The notes beneath the pieces were generated by a model, which worked only from the letters and a program-made list of their open reading frames with translations, made no database searches and was not told where the DNA came from. From NCBI GenBank assembly GCA_934090935.1, contig CAKOKD010000002.1, positions 25,438-89,437 on the forward strand: a stretch of 64,000 bases of DNA. Reading direction: 5' to 3'. How positions within the stretch are numbered: the first letter of the stretch is position 1; each line of letters begins with the position of its first letter. The translations under genes were made by a program, and so were the position numbers. Positions 1 to 10,137 of the stretch are shown here, piece after piece. Source of the DNA: an uncultured Bacilli bacterium (GTDB lineage: Bacteria > Bacillota_I > Bacilli_A > RF39 > UBA660).

Positions 1-2
1 AT

Positions 3-602
3 GAAAGCAAAAAAATAATCCTAACTGAAGGTGAATATAGTTTAAGTGAAACTATTGCACCAGATGGATATAAATTAAGCACAACTACAATTGAATTTAA
101 AGTTGATGCAAACGGAAGCGTTTATGTTAAAAACGAAAAAGGTAACTATGCTGCAGTAGACAAAGTAGTAATGATCAACGTTTTAAAAGATGTTGTAACA
201 ATAGCTAAAAAAGATTCAAAAACTGATGCTTTAGTAGCCGGAGCAACATTAGTTATTAAGGATAAAAATGGAAACGTTATAAAAGAATTCACTACAACAG
301 GCGAGTACTTCCAATTAACAATGGACGCTGGAACATACACAATAGAAGAAAAAAGTGCTCCAAAAGGTTACATCAAAAGTAACGAAGTAATCGAGTTTGA
401 ATTACTTGAAAACGGAACATTAAAAATCAAGAATAAAAATGGGGATTTTATCGAGAGCAATTTAGTAACATTCTATAACACTAAAGGTGAAGAAGTAGTA
501 GTTCCTGCAACATCTGCTTCAAGTACACTTTTAATTATTGGTGGTATAATGCTAATTATAGGTGGTACTTACTGTGTTAAAAAAACTATCAAAGAATGCT
601 AA
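3..602 (+). CDS. Cell-surface protein, C-terminal fragment (Cna-B/SpaA-type prealbumin-like repeats plus C-terminal sorting signal); the 5' end lies outside the window
   Basis: Frame 3 is open from base 3, so the Met at 171 in the ORF track is internal. Repeats such as GEYSLSETIAPDGYKL and GTYTIEEKSAPKGYIKS are typical of Gram-positive stalk domains. The tail (VVPATSASS, then hydrophobic TLLIIGGIMLIIGG, then basic KKTIKEC) has sorting-signal architecture. A sortase gene follows. Confidence 0.7.
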   Translation, partial: ESKKIILTEGEYSLSETIAPDGYKLSTTTIEFKVDANGSVYVKNEKGNYAAVDKVVMINVLKDVVTIAKKDSKTDALVAGATLVIKDKNGNVIKEFTTTGEYFQLTMDAGTYTIEEKSAPKGYIKSNEVIEFELLENGTLKIKNKNGDFIESNLVTFYNTKGEEVVVPATSASSTLLIIGGIMLIIGGTYCVKKTIKEC

Positions 603-1191
603 GGTAACCCTAGGCATTCTTTTGCTATTCTTCGGTATATTTTGTTTAACATTTACATACTTTAAAAGTATAAAATTAAATCTATTCAATCAAAAAAATC
701 TTGAGTATTTTGAGGAAATCGACATATCGGAAGATGTTGACGAAGTAGATGAAGTAAACGAGATAAAAGAAGAAACAACAACACCAATAATAAATTATAA
801 CTACATAGGTTACTTAGAAATCCCTAAAATTAATTTAAAAAGAGGATTTGTATCCTTAAACTCAAAATATAACAGTATTTCATACAATGTCATGCTTATA
901 AAAGGAAGCAGCATGCCAGATGTAAAAAACGGAAACTTAATTCTTGCAGCTCATAGAGGTAATTCATCGGTCTCATTTTTTGATAAATTATATAAACTTG
1001 ATATCGGTGATACTGCAAGTGTAACTTATAATGATAAAGTATATACATATAAACTTGTAAATACTTATCTTGAAGAAAAAGATGGAACTATCGCGATATA
1101 TCGTGATGAAACAAAAAACACACTTACACTTATAACATGTACAAGAAATGATAAAAAAACTCAAACAGTATTTATCTTTGAAATGATTTAG
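562..1191 (+). CDS. Sortase family transpeptidase
   Basis: N-terminal membrane anchor, LILAAHRG (catalytic His region) and TLTLITCT (TLxTC catalytic Cys motif). It sits directly downstream of a sorting-signal protein. The true start may be an internal GTG near 574, because 562 overlaps the upstream CDS by 41 nt. Confidence 0.85.
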   Translation: MVLTVLKKLSKNAKVTLGILLLFFGIFCLTFTYFKSIKLNLFNQKNLEYFEEIDISEDVDEVDEVNEIKEETTTPIINYNYIGYLEIPKINLKRGFVSLNSKYNSISYNVMLIKGSSMPDVKNGNLILAAHRGNSSVSFFDKLYKLDIGDTASVTYNDKVYTYKLVNTYLEEKDGTIAIYRDETKNTLTLITCTRNDKKTQTVFIFEMI

Positions 1192-1201
1192 GAGGGATAA
1201 T

Positions 1202-1867
1202 ATGCCAGAATTATCAATAATAGAAATAATTAAATATGCAATAAAATCACTTATGAGTTCTAAAGTATTTATTCTTATACTTCTTGAACTAGCGCTTCTT
1301 TTAGTATCGGGTATATTTTATAGATTAATGAATAAAAAGACTGTAAAATATACATCGATAATCGCGAGTATAATTATATTACTTTTCTATATTGTAAACT
1401 ATATAAGCACGATCAAAGTATTTTTAAATAATGTATCAACAAAGCTTCTAGAGTTTATCTATTTTCCAACAACTCTAGAGTTCATGATTATACTTTCTTT
1501 ATCTTGTCTTATTTGTATATATACGCTTATAAAACAAAAAAACAAATACATCAAGTTTATTAATACAGTTTTACCTATAAGTATATCATTTATATTTCTA
1601 TCTATAATCGAGTATATAAACAAAAACAATATTGCTTTTGATGAATTTAGTGTATTCTCAAATCCGATACTTATGAGTTTATATGAGCTTGCAACTGGTT
1701 TATTTATCTCATGGATTATCGGTTTAATAATATATAAAATTGATGTATTCATTATAAATAGAATCACGATTGTATCTGAAGAAGATTTACCAAAAGAAGA
1801 ATATTTCCTACCAAAGAAACGTGTTGAAGAGGAAATTGAACTTCCTAAATTAAAGAGCCAAATTTAA
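1202..1867 (+). CDS. Polytopic membrane protein, function unknown
   Basis: GGAGGG RBS 5 nt upstream of the ATG. Several hydrophobic helices. No recognisable catalytic motif. Confidence 0.5.
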   Translation: MPELSIIEIIKYAIKSLMSSKVFILILLELALLLVSGIFYRLMNKKTVKYTSIIASIIILLFYIVNYISTIKVFLNNVSTKLLEFIYFPTTLEFMIILSLSCLICIYTLIKQKNKYIKFINTVLPISISFIFLSIIEYINKNNIAFDEFSVFSNPILMSLYELATGLFISWIIGLIIYKIDVFIINRITIVSEEDLPKEEYFLPKKRVEEEIELPKLKSQI

Positions 1868-1921
1868 TAATTTTGGTTCTCTTTTTTTATGCTTATCATA
1901 CTATTAAAACAGGAGGATTAT

Positions 1922-3046
1922 ATGAAGAAAATACTATTTATGCTTATTTTATTAATTCCATTTAACGTTTTTGCTTTAGAAACAAGTGCTAAATCAAGCG
2001 TATTGATTGATTCCTCAACCGGTACCATTATAAGTGAAGAGGAAAGCCATAAACGTCTTCCACCTGCGAGTATGACTAAAATGATGACTCTTTTGATAGT
2101 TATGGAAAACATTGAAAAAGGAAATATTAAACTAGATGACTTAGTTCCTATAAGTGAAAATGCTGCTTCTATGGGAGGAAGTCAAGTTTATTTAGCCGCT
2201 GGTGAAAGTATGAAACTCGATACTCTTATAAAAGCGATATGCATAGCAAGTGCAAACGATGCAACATATGCGGTGGCAGAATATATTGCAGGTACAAGTG
2301 ATGCTTTCGTTAAACTAATGAATGAAAAAGCATCAGCCCTTGGACTTAAAGATACCAATTTTGAAAATGTTCATGGACTTGATTCCCAAAACCATTACTC
2401 ATCAGCATACGATATGGCAAGCATTGCTCGTGAGCTATTAAAACACGATAAAATATTAGAATATTCAAGCATCTATGAGGACTACATCGCTCATACAAAC
2501 GGAACAAACACTTGGATTGTAAATACCAATAAACTTTTAAACTATTATGATGGTCTTGATGGTTTAAAAACTGGTTATACATCCAACAGTGGATATTGCA
2601 TAACAGCAACTGCCAAAAGAAACAATCTTCGTTTAATAAGTGTTGTCATGGGTGAAGAAAACAACAAAATCCGTAATCAAGATACAATATCTCTTTTAAA
2701 CTATGGATTTTCAAACTTCAAACTTGAAACGATAAAGAAGAAAGAAGAAGTTTTAGGAAAAATAAAAATAAATTTTGGAAACATCGAATATGCTGATTTA
2801 AAACTAAAAGAAGATGCCGTTGATCTTGTCAATATTCTTGAACAAAACAAATATAATTACAAGATTGTTAAAAACAAAGTAAATGCTCCAATAAAGGTAG
2901 GGGATACTGTAGGAAGTTTAATAATATATGCTAACGATATCAAAGTAAAAGAAGTTGATTTAACAATTGATAAAGATATAAAGAAAGCTAATTACTTTGA
3001 TTATTTAAAAAGAAACTTTAAATACTTTATAAGAGGCTGCTACTAA
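1922..3046 (+). CDS. D-alanyl-D-alanine carboxypeptidase (S11, PBP5-like low-MW PBP)
   Basis: Motifs SMTKMMT (SxxK), SANDA (SxN) and LKTGYT (KTG), plus a signal peptide. I prefer the ATG at 1922, which follows a GGAGGA RBS, over the track start at 1889. Confidence 0.85.
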   Translation: MKKILFMLILLIPFNVFALETSAKSSVLIDSSTGTIISEEESHKRLPPASMTKMMTLLIVMENIEKGNIKLDDLVPISENAASMGGSQVYLAAGESMKLDTLIKAICIASANDATYAVAEYIAGTSDAFVKLMNEKASALGLKDTNFENVHGLDSQNHYSSAYDMASIARELLKHDKILEYSSIYEDYIAHTNGTNTWIVNTNKLLNYYDGLDGLKTGYTSNSGYCITATAKRNNLRLISVVMGEENNKIRNQDTISLLNYGFSNFKLETIKKKEEVLGKIKINFGNIEYADLKLKEDAVDLVNILEQNKYNYKIVKNKVNAPIKVGDTVGSLIIYANDIKVKEVDLTIDKDIKKANYFDYLKRNFKYFIRGCY

Positions 3047-3107
3047 TCTACATTTTTGTAGATTTTTTTTTATAAATACGTGATATAATTAACTTGAGGT
3101 GAAAACA

Positions 3108-3749
3108 ATGTATAGATACGTTTCAAGAAGAATATCGGCATTTTTAGTGGATATATGTTTAGTAACTTTTATTTCCTCTATTTTAGCATCAACAACTTAT
3201 ATGAATCCTTTTATAGACGATTATCGTGATGCTTATTCTAATTATCAAGAGATATATAAAGAGAACTCTCTTAGTTTTATAGAAAATCCAAGCATAAAAA
3301 GTATGAATGAATATTCTAAATTTTTAAGCAAATATATATATAAATTGGATTATTATCTTTTATTTAATAATCTATATTATTTATTGTTTTACTTTTTATA
3401 TTTTGTTATCTTCGCTTATTTTACAAAGGGACAAACTGTTGGGAAAAAGCTTTTTAAACTAAGAGTTTTAAGAAAAGATGGAGAAAATGTAACTATAAAA
3501 AATTTACTTTTAAGAGGACTTTTTGGAGGTTCAACCATTATTATGGGAATAAATTTAATCGTTATTGTCGAACTAATGCTTTTATTTATCAACAATGCTG
3601 ATGTTTATTTTTATATAACACTTATTCTTTCTTTTATATCATACATTATCGATATAATAGCTTTATGCTTACTTGCTACCAAAAGTAAACGTTCAATTGA
3701 TGACTATGTCGGTGGAACAAAAGTTATAGATGAGGTTAAATATGTATAG
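3108..3749 (+). CDS. RDD family membrane protein
   Basis: The pattern GQTVGKKLFKLRVLRKDG flanked by TM helices is typical of RDD domains. The ATG at 3108 follows a GAGGTG RBS. Confidence 0.65.
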   Translation: MYRYVSRRISAFLVDICLVTFISSILASTTYMNPFIDDYRDAYSNYQEIYKENSLSFIENPSIKSMNEYSKFLSKYIYKLDYYLLFNNLYYLLFYFLYFVIFAYFTKGQTVGKKLFKLRVLRKDGENVTIKNLLLRGLFGGSTIIMGINLIVIVELMLLFINNADVYFYITLILSFISYIIDIIALCLLATKSKRSIDDYVGGTKVIDEVKYV

Positions 3750-4578
3750 AATAATAAAAAATATTGAAATCAAAAAAAATATATTTGAATTGACTGTTGA
3801 AAACGAACATATTGCTAAAAATTTTAAACCAGGTCAATTTGTAGTTCTTATGCCTTCAATTGAAAGCGAAAAAATTCCTTTAACGATATACAAAGTGAGC
3901 GATAATCTAGTAACGATGATCTATCAAGTTGTTGGAGCTACGACTTATAGTCTTTCTAAAAGAAAAGATTATATATATTCCATTTTAGGACCATTGGGAA
4001 AACCAGCTCTTATATTAAATGTTCCCGTTAAAAAGGTGCTTTTTGTTGCTGGTGGAATAGGAATTGCTGCGATTTTACCACAAGTACGTGAACTAAAAAG
4101 TCGCGGGGTTAAATGTGATTTGATATATGGCATGAAAACAATCGATAACTATATTTTAAAAAAAGAGATAAAAGAGCTTTTTAGAAAACCTATAATTGTA
4201 ACCGAGGATAGTTCTGCGGATTTAATAGGATATCCAACCGATTACATTGAGGATAAAAGATATGACTATATCGTAACTATCGGCCCCCTTGTGATGATGA
4301 AACATGTAACGGAAATTGGTGAGAATTTAAAAATACCAACTATTGTTAGCCTAAATCCTATTATGGTTGATGGAACTGGTATGTGTGGTTCTTGTAGACT
4401 TCTTTATGATGGTCTTGTTCATTATGCCTGTGTGGATGGGCCTGAATTTGTGGGCGCGAAGGTTGATTTTGATTCATTAATTAAAAGAGCAGATATGTAT
4501 AAAACTTTCGAAGGAAAGAAATATTTAGAGAAAATCGAAGGGGATTCTCATCATGGAGGTTGTGGTAACTGTGAATAG
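3742..4578 (+). CDS. NfnA/PyrK-like FAD/NAD-binding electron-transfer subunit with C-terminal 2Fe-2S cluster (sulfide dehydrogenase-like)
   Basis: Ferredoxin-reductase-type fold pattern (FKPGQFVVLM, FVAGGIGIAA) and the cluster motif GMCGSCRL...YACVDGP. It overlaps the GltD/NfnB-like partner downstream. Confidence 0.8.
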   Translation: MYRIIKNIEIKKNIFELTVENEHIAKNFKPGQFVVLMPSIESEKIPLTIYKVSDNLVTMIYQVVGATTYSLSKRKDYIYSILGPLGKPALILNVPVKKVLFVAGGIGIAAILPQVRELKSRGVKCDLIYGMKTIDNYILKKEIKELFRKPIIVTEDSSADLIGYPTDYIEDKRYDYIVTIGPLVMMKHVTEIGENLKIPTIVSLNPIMVDGTGMCGSCRLLYDGLVHYACVDGPEFVGAKVDFDSLIKRADMYKTFEGKKYLEKIEGDSHHGGCGNCE

Positions 4579-5818
4579 ATTTGATTTTGAAGAAGTAAAA
4601 AAAGATATAACTGAAGAAAAAACTCATGAGTTGAGCAATTATTGTTTGAACTGTAAAAATCCTCTTTGTAAAACTGGTTGTCCACTAGAGATAGATATAC
4701 CGAGATTTATAAGCGTTTTAAAGGAAGGAAACTATGAACTTGCTTATACTATTATCAGTGAAAAAAGTGTTATGCCAGAAGTATGTGGACGTGTTTGCCC
4801 ACAAGAGCTTAACTGTGAAGCCAAATGTATTCGTGGCATTAAAGGAAAAAGTGTAAGTATTGGAGAGTTAGAGAGATTTGCAAGCAAATATAAAACAAAT
4901 CTAAGTGTGAATTCATCAAATGGTAAAAGTGTAGCTATTGTTGGATCAGGCCCCTTTGGATTGAGTGCAGCTTATCATTTAAAAAGATATGGCTTTGATG
5001 TAACAGTCTTTGAATCAAGTCATGTTTTAGGAGGAGTATTAGTATATGGTATTCCAGAATTTCGTCTCCCTAAAAAAATTGTCAGTGATATAATTGAAAA
5101 ACTAGAAGGACTTGGAATAAAGTTTCTAACCGATATATATGTTGGAAGAACTATTACTTTAGAGGAGTTAAAAGAAAAATATGATTATATATTTATTGGA
5201 ACTGGAGCAGGAGTTCCAAAAAGCTTAAAGGTACCAGGAATTATGGCTAAAAACGTCATGAGTGCTAATGAACTTCTTACAAGAATCAATTTGATGAAAT
5301 CTCCATTTAATGAAACTCCTTTAAATATTCCTAAAAAAGCTGCTGTTATTGGTGGAGGAAATGTTGCTTGTGATGCTGCAAGATGCCTTGTGCGTCTTGG
5401 AAGTGATGTAACTGTTTTCTATAGAAAAGGTGAGGAAAACTTAAAAATGCGTCTTGAGGAATATAATCATGCTAAAGAAGAAGGCGTAAAGTTTGTTTTC
5501 AATGCAACTCCGGTAAAAATGGAAACCACTGATGATTTTTGTGTAAATTCTTTAGTTTATAAAATAGATAATAAACGCCAAAGTGATAAAGTAGATGCTG
5601 TTATTATCGCGATTGGAACAACCCATAATGATTTGCTTTTAAAACTAGCTGATCTTGAAGTTGACTCAGATCATCGCATTATAACTCACGATTTTATCAC
5701 AAGTGATGCTTTTATTTTCGCTGGTGGAGACGCCACAAGAGGAAATGCGACTGTAATAGAAGCCTTAAGCGATGGATATCTCGCAGCAAAAAAACTACTG
5801 GAAATAGTAAATAAATAG
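4553..5818 (+). CDS. NfnB / glutamate synthase small-chain (GltD)-like NADPH-dependent FAD oxidoreductase with N-terminal 4Fe-4S sites
   Basis: CLNCKNPLCKTGCPLEIDIP and CGRVCPQE..CEAKC cluster motifs. Two Rossmann GxGxxG motifs (VGSGPFGLSAA, VIGGGNVACD). The start may instead be the GTG at 4571, which lies 9 nt after GGAGGT. Confidence 0.85.
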   Translation: MEVVVTVNRFDFEEVKKDITEEKTHELSNYCLNCKNPLCKTGCPLEIDIPRFISVLKEGNYELAYTIISEKSVMPEVCGRVCPQELNCEAKCIRGIKGKSVSIGELERFASKYKTNLSVNSSNGKSVAIVGSGPFGLSAAYHLKRYGFDVTVFESSHVLGGVLVYGIPEFRLPKKIVSDIIEKLEGLGIKFLTDIYVGRTITLEELKEKYDYIFIGTGAGVPKSLKVPGIMAKNVMSANELLTRINLMKSPFNETPLNIPKKAAVIGGGNVACDAARCLVRLGSDVTVFYRKGEENLKMRLEEYNHAKEEGVKFVFNATPVKMETTDDFCVNSLVYKIDNKRQSDKVDAVIIAIGTTHNDLLLKLADLEVDSDHRIITHDFITSDAFIFAGGDATRGNATVIEALSDGYLAAKKLLEIVNK

Positions 5819-5843
5819 TATAATATAGAAAAGGAAGTATAAC

Positions 5844-6425
5844 ATGAATAAAAAAAGTATATTGATTATTTTAGCAATTTTAGTTTTTATAATCGCATCT
5901 TGTTATCTAACAGGAAAAAATACTAAAGTAGAGGATTCCTATTTAAAAGGAAAATATAATATCGCGATAAAGATAAAAGATTATGGAGAGATTACAGCTG
6001 TTCTTGATGCTGATAATGCTCCTATAACGGTAACCAATTTTATAGATCTTGTTAAAAGTGGATACTATAATGGTTTAAAATTTCATAGAATTATCGATGG
6101 TTTTATGATGCAAGGCGGAAGTGGAGATGCAAGAAAAACTATAAAGGGTGAGTTTTTAAGCAATGGAATTGAAAACAATATAAGCCATGTCCGTGGAACT
6201 ATTTCTATGGCTAGAAGTTCCGATCCGGATTCCGCTTCAACTCAATTTTTCATTGTTCAAAGCGACTCAACATATTTAGATGGCTCATATGCTGCATTTG
6301 GAAGCGTTACGAATGGAATGGATGTTGTTGATAAGATATGCAAACACGTCAAAGTTACTGACGATAATGGAACAGTTGAAGAAGATGATCAACCTGTTAT
6401 AGAATATATTAAAGTAATCGAGTAG
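5844..6425 (+). CDS. Cyclophilin-type peptidyl-prolyl cis-trans isomerase, membrane-anchored or secreted
   Basis: FHRIIDGFMMQGG and STQFFIV cyclophilin signatures. N-terminal hydrophobic anchor. Confidence 0.9.
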   Translation: MNKKSILIILAILVFIIASCYLTGKNTKVEDSYLKGKYNIAIKIKDYGEITAVLDADNAPITVTNFIDLVKSGYYNGLKFHRIIDGFMMQGGSGDARKTIKGEFLSNGIENNISHVRGTISMARSSDPDSASTQFFIVQSDSTYLDGSYAAFGSVTNGMDVVDKICKHVKVTDDNGTVEEDDQPVIEYIKVIE

Positions 6426-6433
6426 GTAGAGTT

Positions 6434-8278
6434 ATGAAAAAAATAAAAAACGTTGAACTAATATCATATTTAATCATGTTTATCTCGTTTTTTTCCATTT
6501 GTATTTTTACAAATGTTTTTACTCATGACTTAATAAATTCTGATAGTTTTTTCTTTAAAGGTTTTCATTTCCATATATTATGGATTTTGTTCTCCTTATC
6601 TTGGATATCATTATTTATGCTCATTCTTTATATCATTCCTATGAAATATCGTTTAAACGTCTTTATAATAATGAATGTGTTATTTGACATAATCTTTTTT
6701 GCTCAAATATGTTATGTTCAGTCTCTAGGGAAATTCATGATATTTTCTGATCTATTTGTTGCTGGAGAAGGACTTCAATATGTTCATTCGATATTTGCTA
6801 ATATGAGTACAGGTATGATATTCACTATAATTTTTACGATTGTTTGTATGATTATCGTTAAAATCATAAATAAAGAGCCATTTGAAGAGAAAAAGCCAAA
6901 GCTCGTCATAATTCTTACTCTTATAGCTATAAGCCTTGCTTTTAAAGGGTGTGGATACTTCCTTCTTGGAAGCAATAAAAATGTTAGCACTTGGGAAGAA
7001 AACTACAACGCTAAAAGCATATATTTGAACTATACCAATCCCAATGCATCCATGTATATAAGCGGTTTTTATGAATATAATGCACGTGCTATATATAAAT
7101 ATTTCTATAATCTTTTAACTCTTGATAAAACGGCTTTAAAAAATAAGATTGATGAATACAATAAAATATATGGATTAGAGCCTAAAGACAACGATTACAC
7201 CGGAATTTTTAAGGGTAAAAATGTTATATATATAATGATGGAAAGCGTTGATAATTGGGTAATAGATGAAGAAACTGCTCCAACTTTATATAAACTAAGT
7301 CAAAACGGCTTAAATTTTACAAACAGATATTCACCATTCTTTAATGGGGGTCAAACCATAAATTCAGAATTTGCTTGTAATACCGGAATGTATGCAATAA
7401 GCGATAAAGAAACCATATACGATAAAGATGATATCACTTATCCTTATAGTATAGCTAATATGTTGAAAAAAAATGGCTATCGTGTAACCAGTTTCCATGC
7501 CAATACGAAAAACTTTTATAACAGAGGTAAATTTCATGAAAGACTTGGTTACGATATGCATTATTCAGCATTTGATTTGCAAGCATCAGGTCTTCTCGAT
7601 AAATCAGCGAATTACTACAGTGATTATAATTTTATAAATGATGATAATTTATATGATCTTATGGTAAGTGATAAACCATTTTTTACATTTTTTACAACAT
7701 ATTCTGCTCATCTAGAATACAATACAAATAATAAAGTATATAAATCGATAAAAAATAAAACCCTGTCTAAAAAGAAATATGGTGAAGAAGAATATGTCTA
7801 TAGAACTTTAGTGCATGATACGGATAATGCAATAAGCACTTTGATTGAGAAATTAGAAAAAAGTAGACTTTTGGATAAAACGGTTTTAGTTTTAGTAAGT
7901 GATCATTATGTATACGGATATTCAGACACTGATTATGTTGCTATGAAAAAAAACAAGCTTAATGATCGCAAGGAACTTCAAAATACACCATTCATAATCT
8001 GGTCTAAAGATATTGAAGCTAAAAGTATTGATACCATACTTGATACTGCTGATATTTTACCAACTCTTTTAAACATGCTTGATATAGAATATGACCCTAA
8101 AAACTATTTAGGCGATGATGTTTTCTCATCCAGTCATGACAATTTTGTATGGTTTTCTGATGGAACATTTATTAAAAGCTCCGACTGTGATTTAAGCGAC
8201 GAATCAATATTAACAAAAGTGAATTACAATATAAATAAAAATAGAGATATATTATTAACAAATTATTATGGAAAGTAG
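6434..8278 (+). CDS. LTA synthase (LtaS) family sulfatase-domain membrane protein
   Basis: About five N-terminal TM helices followed by an extracellular sulfatase-like domain (IMMESVDNW, GGQTINSEFACNTG, LVSDHY). Confidence 0.8.
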   Translation: MKKIKNVELISYLIMFISFFSICIFTNVFTHDLINSDSFFFKGFHFHILWILFSLSWISLFMLILYIIPMKYRLNVFIIMNVLFDIIFFAQICYVQSLGKFMIFSDLFVAGEGLQYVHSIFANMSTGMIFTIIFTIVCMIIVKIINKEPFEEKKPKLVIILTLIAISLAFKGCGYFLLGSNKNVSTWEENYNAKSIYLNYTNPNASMYISGFYEYNARAIYKYFYNLLTLDKTALKNKIDEYNKIYGLEPKDNDYTGIFKGKNVIYIMMESVDNWVIDEETAPTLYKLSQNGLNFTNRYSPFFNGGQTINSEFACNTGMYAISDKETIYDKDDITYPYSIANMLKKNGYRVTSFHANTKNFYNRGKFHERLGYDMHYSAFDLQASGLLDKSANYYSDYNFINDDNLYDLMVSDKPFFTFFTTYSAHLEYNTNNKVYKSIKNKTLSKKKYGEEEYVYRTLVHDTDNAISTLIEKLEKSRLLDKTVLVLVSDHYVYGYSDTDYVAMKKNKLNDRKELQNTPFIIWSKDIEAKSIDTILDTADILPTLLNMLDIEYDPKNYLGDDVFSSSHDNFVWFSDGTFIKSSDCDLSDESILTKVNYNINKNRDILLTNYYGK

Positions 8279-8285
8279 GAAAGTT

Positions 8286-8879
8286 ATGAAAAATACTAAA
8301 GAAGTAATTTTATTTTACAAAGGAACTGTAAACTATGATCTTGAAAGCATTTCAAAAGAGATAGAATCACGTTTTGAAGATTTAAAGAATCCAATAATAT
8401 CCAAAAGTGAAGGATTAATTGTTTTCAATAATAATGATAATTTTCAAATCGAGATAAACAATAAAAACGTTATTATAGTTATGAAATATCATTATTTTAA
8501 CGAATTAACGTCAATTGTTTTTGATGTAATTGATGCCTTTGAAACCTATGATGTTAAATTCTCTAGAATAGGCTATATCTCATCAAACTTTGAGTCTCCT
8601 CTAAAAATAGATGCAGCAAAGAAAAAATTCTTAAAAGAAGAGGAGTTTAATGATGTTTTAGAGTTGAACTTAAACTGGTATAGAAAACTAGATTTTGACT
8701 CTTCATACATAAACTGTTGGGAAAGAGTTATAACAGATTCAACTCATTTCAAGGATTTATTATTACAATATGACATTAACACTAGAAATGATGAAAATAT
8801 TGAATTTGATATGAAGTTTATAAAGAAGTTCTTTAAAACTGCTGATACTTTTGTGGAATCGAGAATCGACTCTCTATGA
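8286..8879 (+). CDS. Hypothetical cytoplasmic protein
   Basis: Long ORF with an AGGAAAG RBS before the ATG at 8286. Its stop overlaps the next start (ATGA). No recognisable motifs. Confidence 0.5.
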   Translation: MKNTKEVILFYKGTVNYDLESISKEIESRFEDLKNPIISKSEGLIVFNNNDNFQIEINNKNVIIVMKYHYFNELTSIVFDVIDAFETYDVKFSRIGYISSNFESPLKIDAAKKKFLKEEEFNDVLELNLNWYRKLDFDSSYINCWERVITDSTHFKDLLLQYDINTRNDENIEFDMKFIKKFFKTADTFVESRIDSL

Positions 8880-9313
8880 TAAGAAAAATTACATCGGTTT
8901 TTCTAGTTGTTGTTTGGAGTATGCTTATCTTTTCGTTTTCAAATCAAGACGGAAGTTCTTCAAAGAAGGAATCAGATACCTTGATTGATGGTATAAGTGC
9001 CATACTAAAAATCAAAGAGGAAAATCGTGAAAAAATGACTTTCCCGATAAGAAAATTTGCTCATTTTTTTGTATATTTTGTTTTAGGTTTTCTTATATTC
9101 AATATGCTCCACACTTTTAATCTTAAATGTTCATCTATATTTTATATTTCAATTGTAGTTTGCATACTTTTTGCAGGAAGTGATGAGTTGCATCAATACT
9201 TTATACAGGATAGAAGTGCTAAAATAAGTGATGCTTTACTTGATTCAAGTGCCGCATTAATAGGTATTTATACTTATTATATTTTGACAAGGAAAAAGTA
9301 TGAAAATAAGTAA
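8876..9313 (+). CDS. VanZ family membrane protein
   Basis: KFAHFFVYFVLGF and DELHQYFIQDRSAKISDALLDSSAALIG match the VanZ-like pattern. Confidence 0.75.
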   Translation: MIRKITSVFLVVVWSMLIFSFSNQDGSSSKKESDTLIDGISAILKIKEENREKMTFPIRKFAHFFVYFVLGFLIFNMLHTFNLKCSSIFYISIVVCILFAGSDELHQYFIQDRSAKISDALLDSSAALIGIYTYYILTRKKYENK

Positions 9314-9842
9314 CTTTTTACTAGCTATAATGCTAAGTATAACAATAATAATTTCATCTTTTACTTTAACTGTTTTATCAAAAAGATTTCAAATAAACAC
9401 CATAGAAAAAGAAGGTTATGTTGAGATTATCAGTTCAAATACAAATGTATCAAAAGAGATAGTAAAAAACGATTTAAAGGATTATATAAAAAATGGATAT
9501 GTAAATCAAAATTATGAGAATAAAGAATATGAAGATTACATTAATTACTTTCCAATAAAGAAAAGCGTGTATAAATATATTTATTCATTAACCATAATTT
9601 TATTAGTCATCTGTTATGTCGTGTTTTGTAAAACGAAGAAAAAACATAACATCTATTTGATTTTCTTTATAACTTCAATAATTCTTGTTTTATTTTATGG
9701 AACCATATATTTAACTATAGATACTAATATGATATTTGTAAGTTTAATTATGCGTTTTTTACATTTTATCCTCTTTATCGCAGATCTTCTTTTTATGGAA
9801 AGTATTATAAACAGAAAAACTCTTTTCTCATCTAACAACTGA
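9300..9842 (+). CDS. Membrane protein, function unknown
   Basis: It overlaps the end of vanZ by 14 nt, suggesting translational coupling. It has an N-terminal anchor and three C-terminal TM helices. Confidence 0.5.
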   Translation: MKISNFLLAIMLSITIIISSFTLTVLSKRFQINTIEKEGYVEIISSNTNVSKEIVKNDLKDYIKNGYVNQNYENKEYEDYINYFPIKKSVYKYIYSLTIILLVICYVVFCKTKKKHNIYLIFFITSIILVLFYGTIYLTIDTNMIFVSLIMRFLHFILFIADLLFMESIINRKTLFSSNN

Positions 9843-9888
9843 GGAATAAAATTAGTCCATTATGGGAAAATATAATTGTGGTGATTAT

Positions 9889-10125
9889 ATGACTGGAATG
9901 GACGAAAACTATGTTTACTATTTAGTTAGTAGGAATTTAAAAAGAATTAGAAAAGAAAAAGGATTAACTCAAGAACAACTTGCAGAATTAAGCACTTATT
10001 CACTAGGATTTATTATGAATATTGAAAGTGAAAAATATCATCAAACTTTTTCTTTGGGTACTTTATGGCAATTTGGTAAAGTCTTAAACGTAGATATTCG
10101 CGAATTCTTTAAACCACTAGATTAA
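9889..10125 (+). CDS. XRE-family helix-turn-helix transcriptional regulator
   Basis: LKRIRKEKGLTQEQLAELS is a classic Cro/C1 HTH. The ATG at 9889 has a better RBS (GTGGTGA) than the one at 9862. Confidence 0.7.
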   Translation: MTGMDENYVYYLVSRNLKRIRKEKGLTQEQLAELSTYSLGFIMNIESEKYHQTFSLGTLWQFGKVLNVDIREFFKPLD

Positions 10126-10137
10126 ACTAGTGGTTTT
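10110..10137. terminator. Bidirectional hairpin shared by the convergent XRE gene and sigK
   Basis: AAACCACTAG-attaa-CTAGTGGTTT inverted repeat spanning both stop codons. Confidence 0.5.

Noticed and set aside
171-602. The track ORF starting at Met 171 as a complete 143-aa gene.
   Set aside because: The reading frame is open back to base 3 and the upstream residues continue the same repeat architecture. It is therefore the tail of a larger gene truncated by the window edge.
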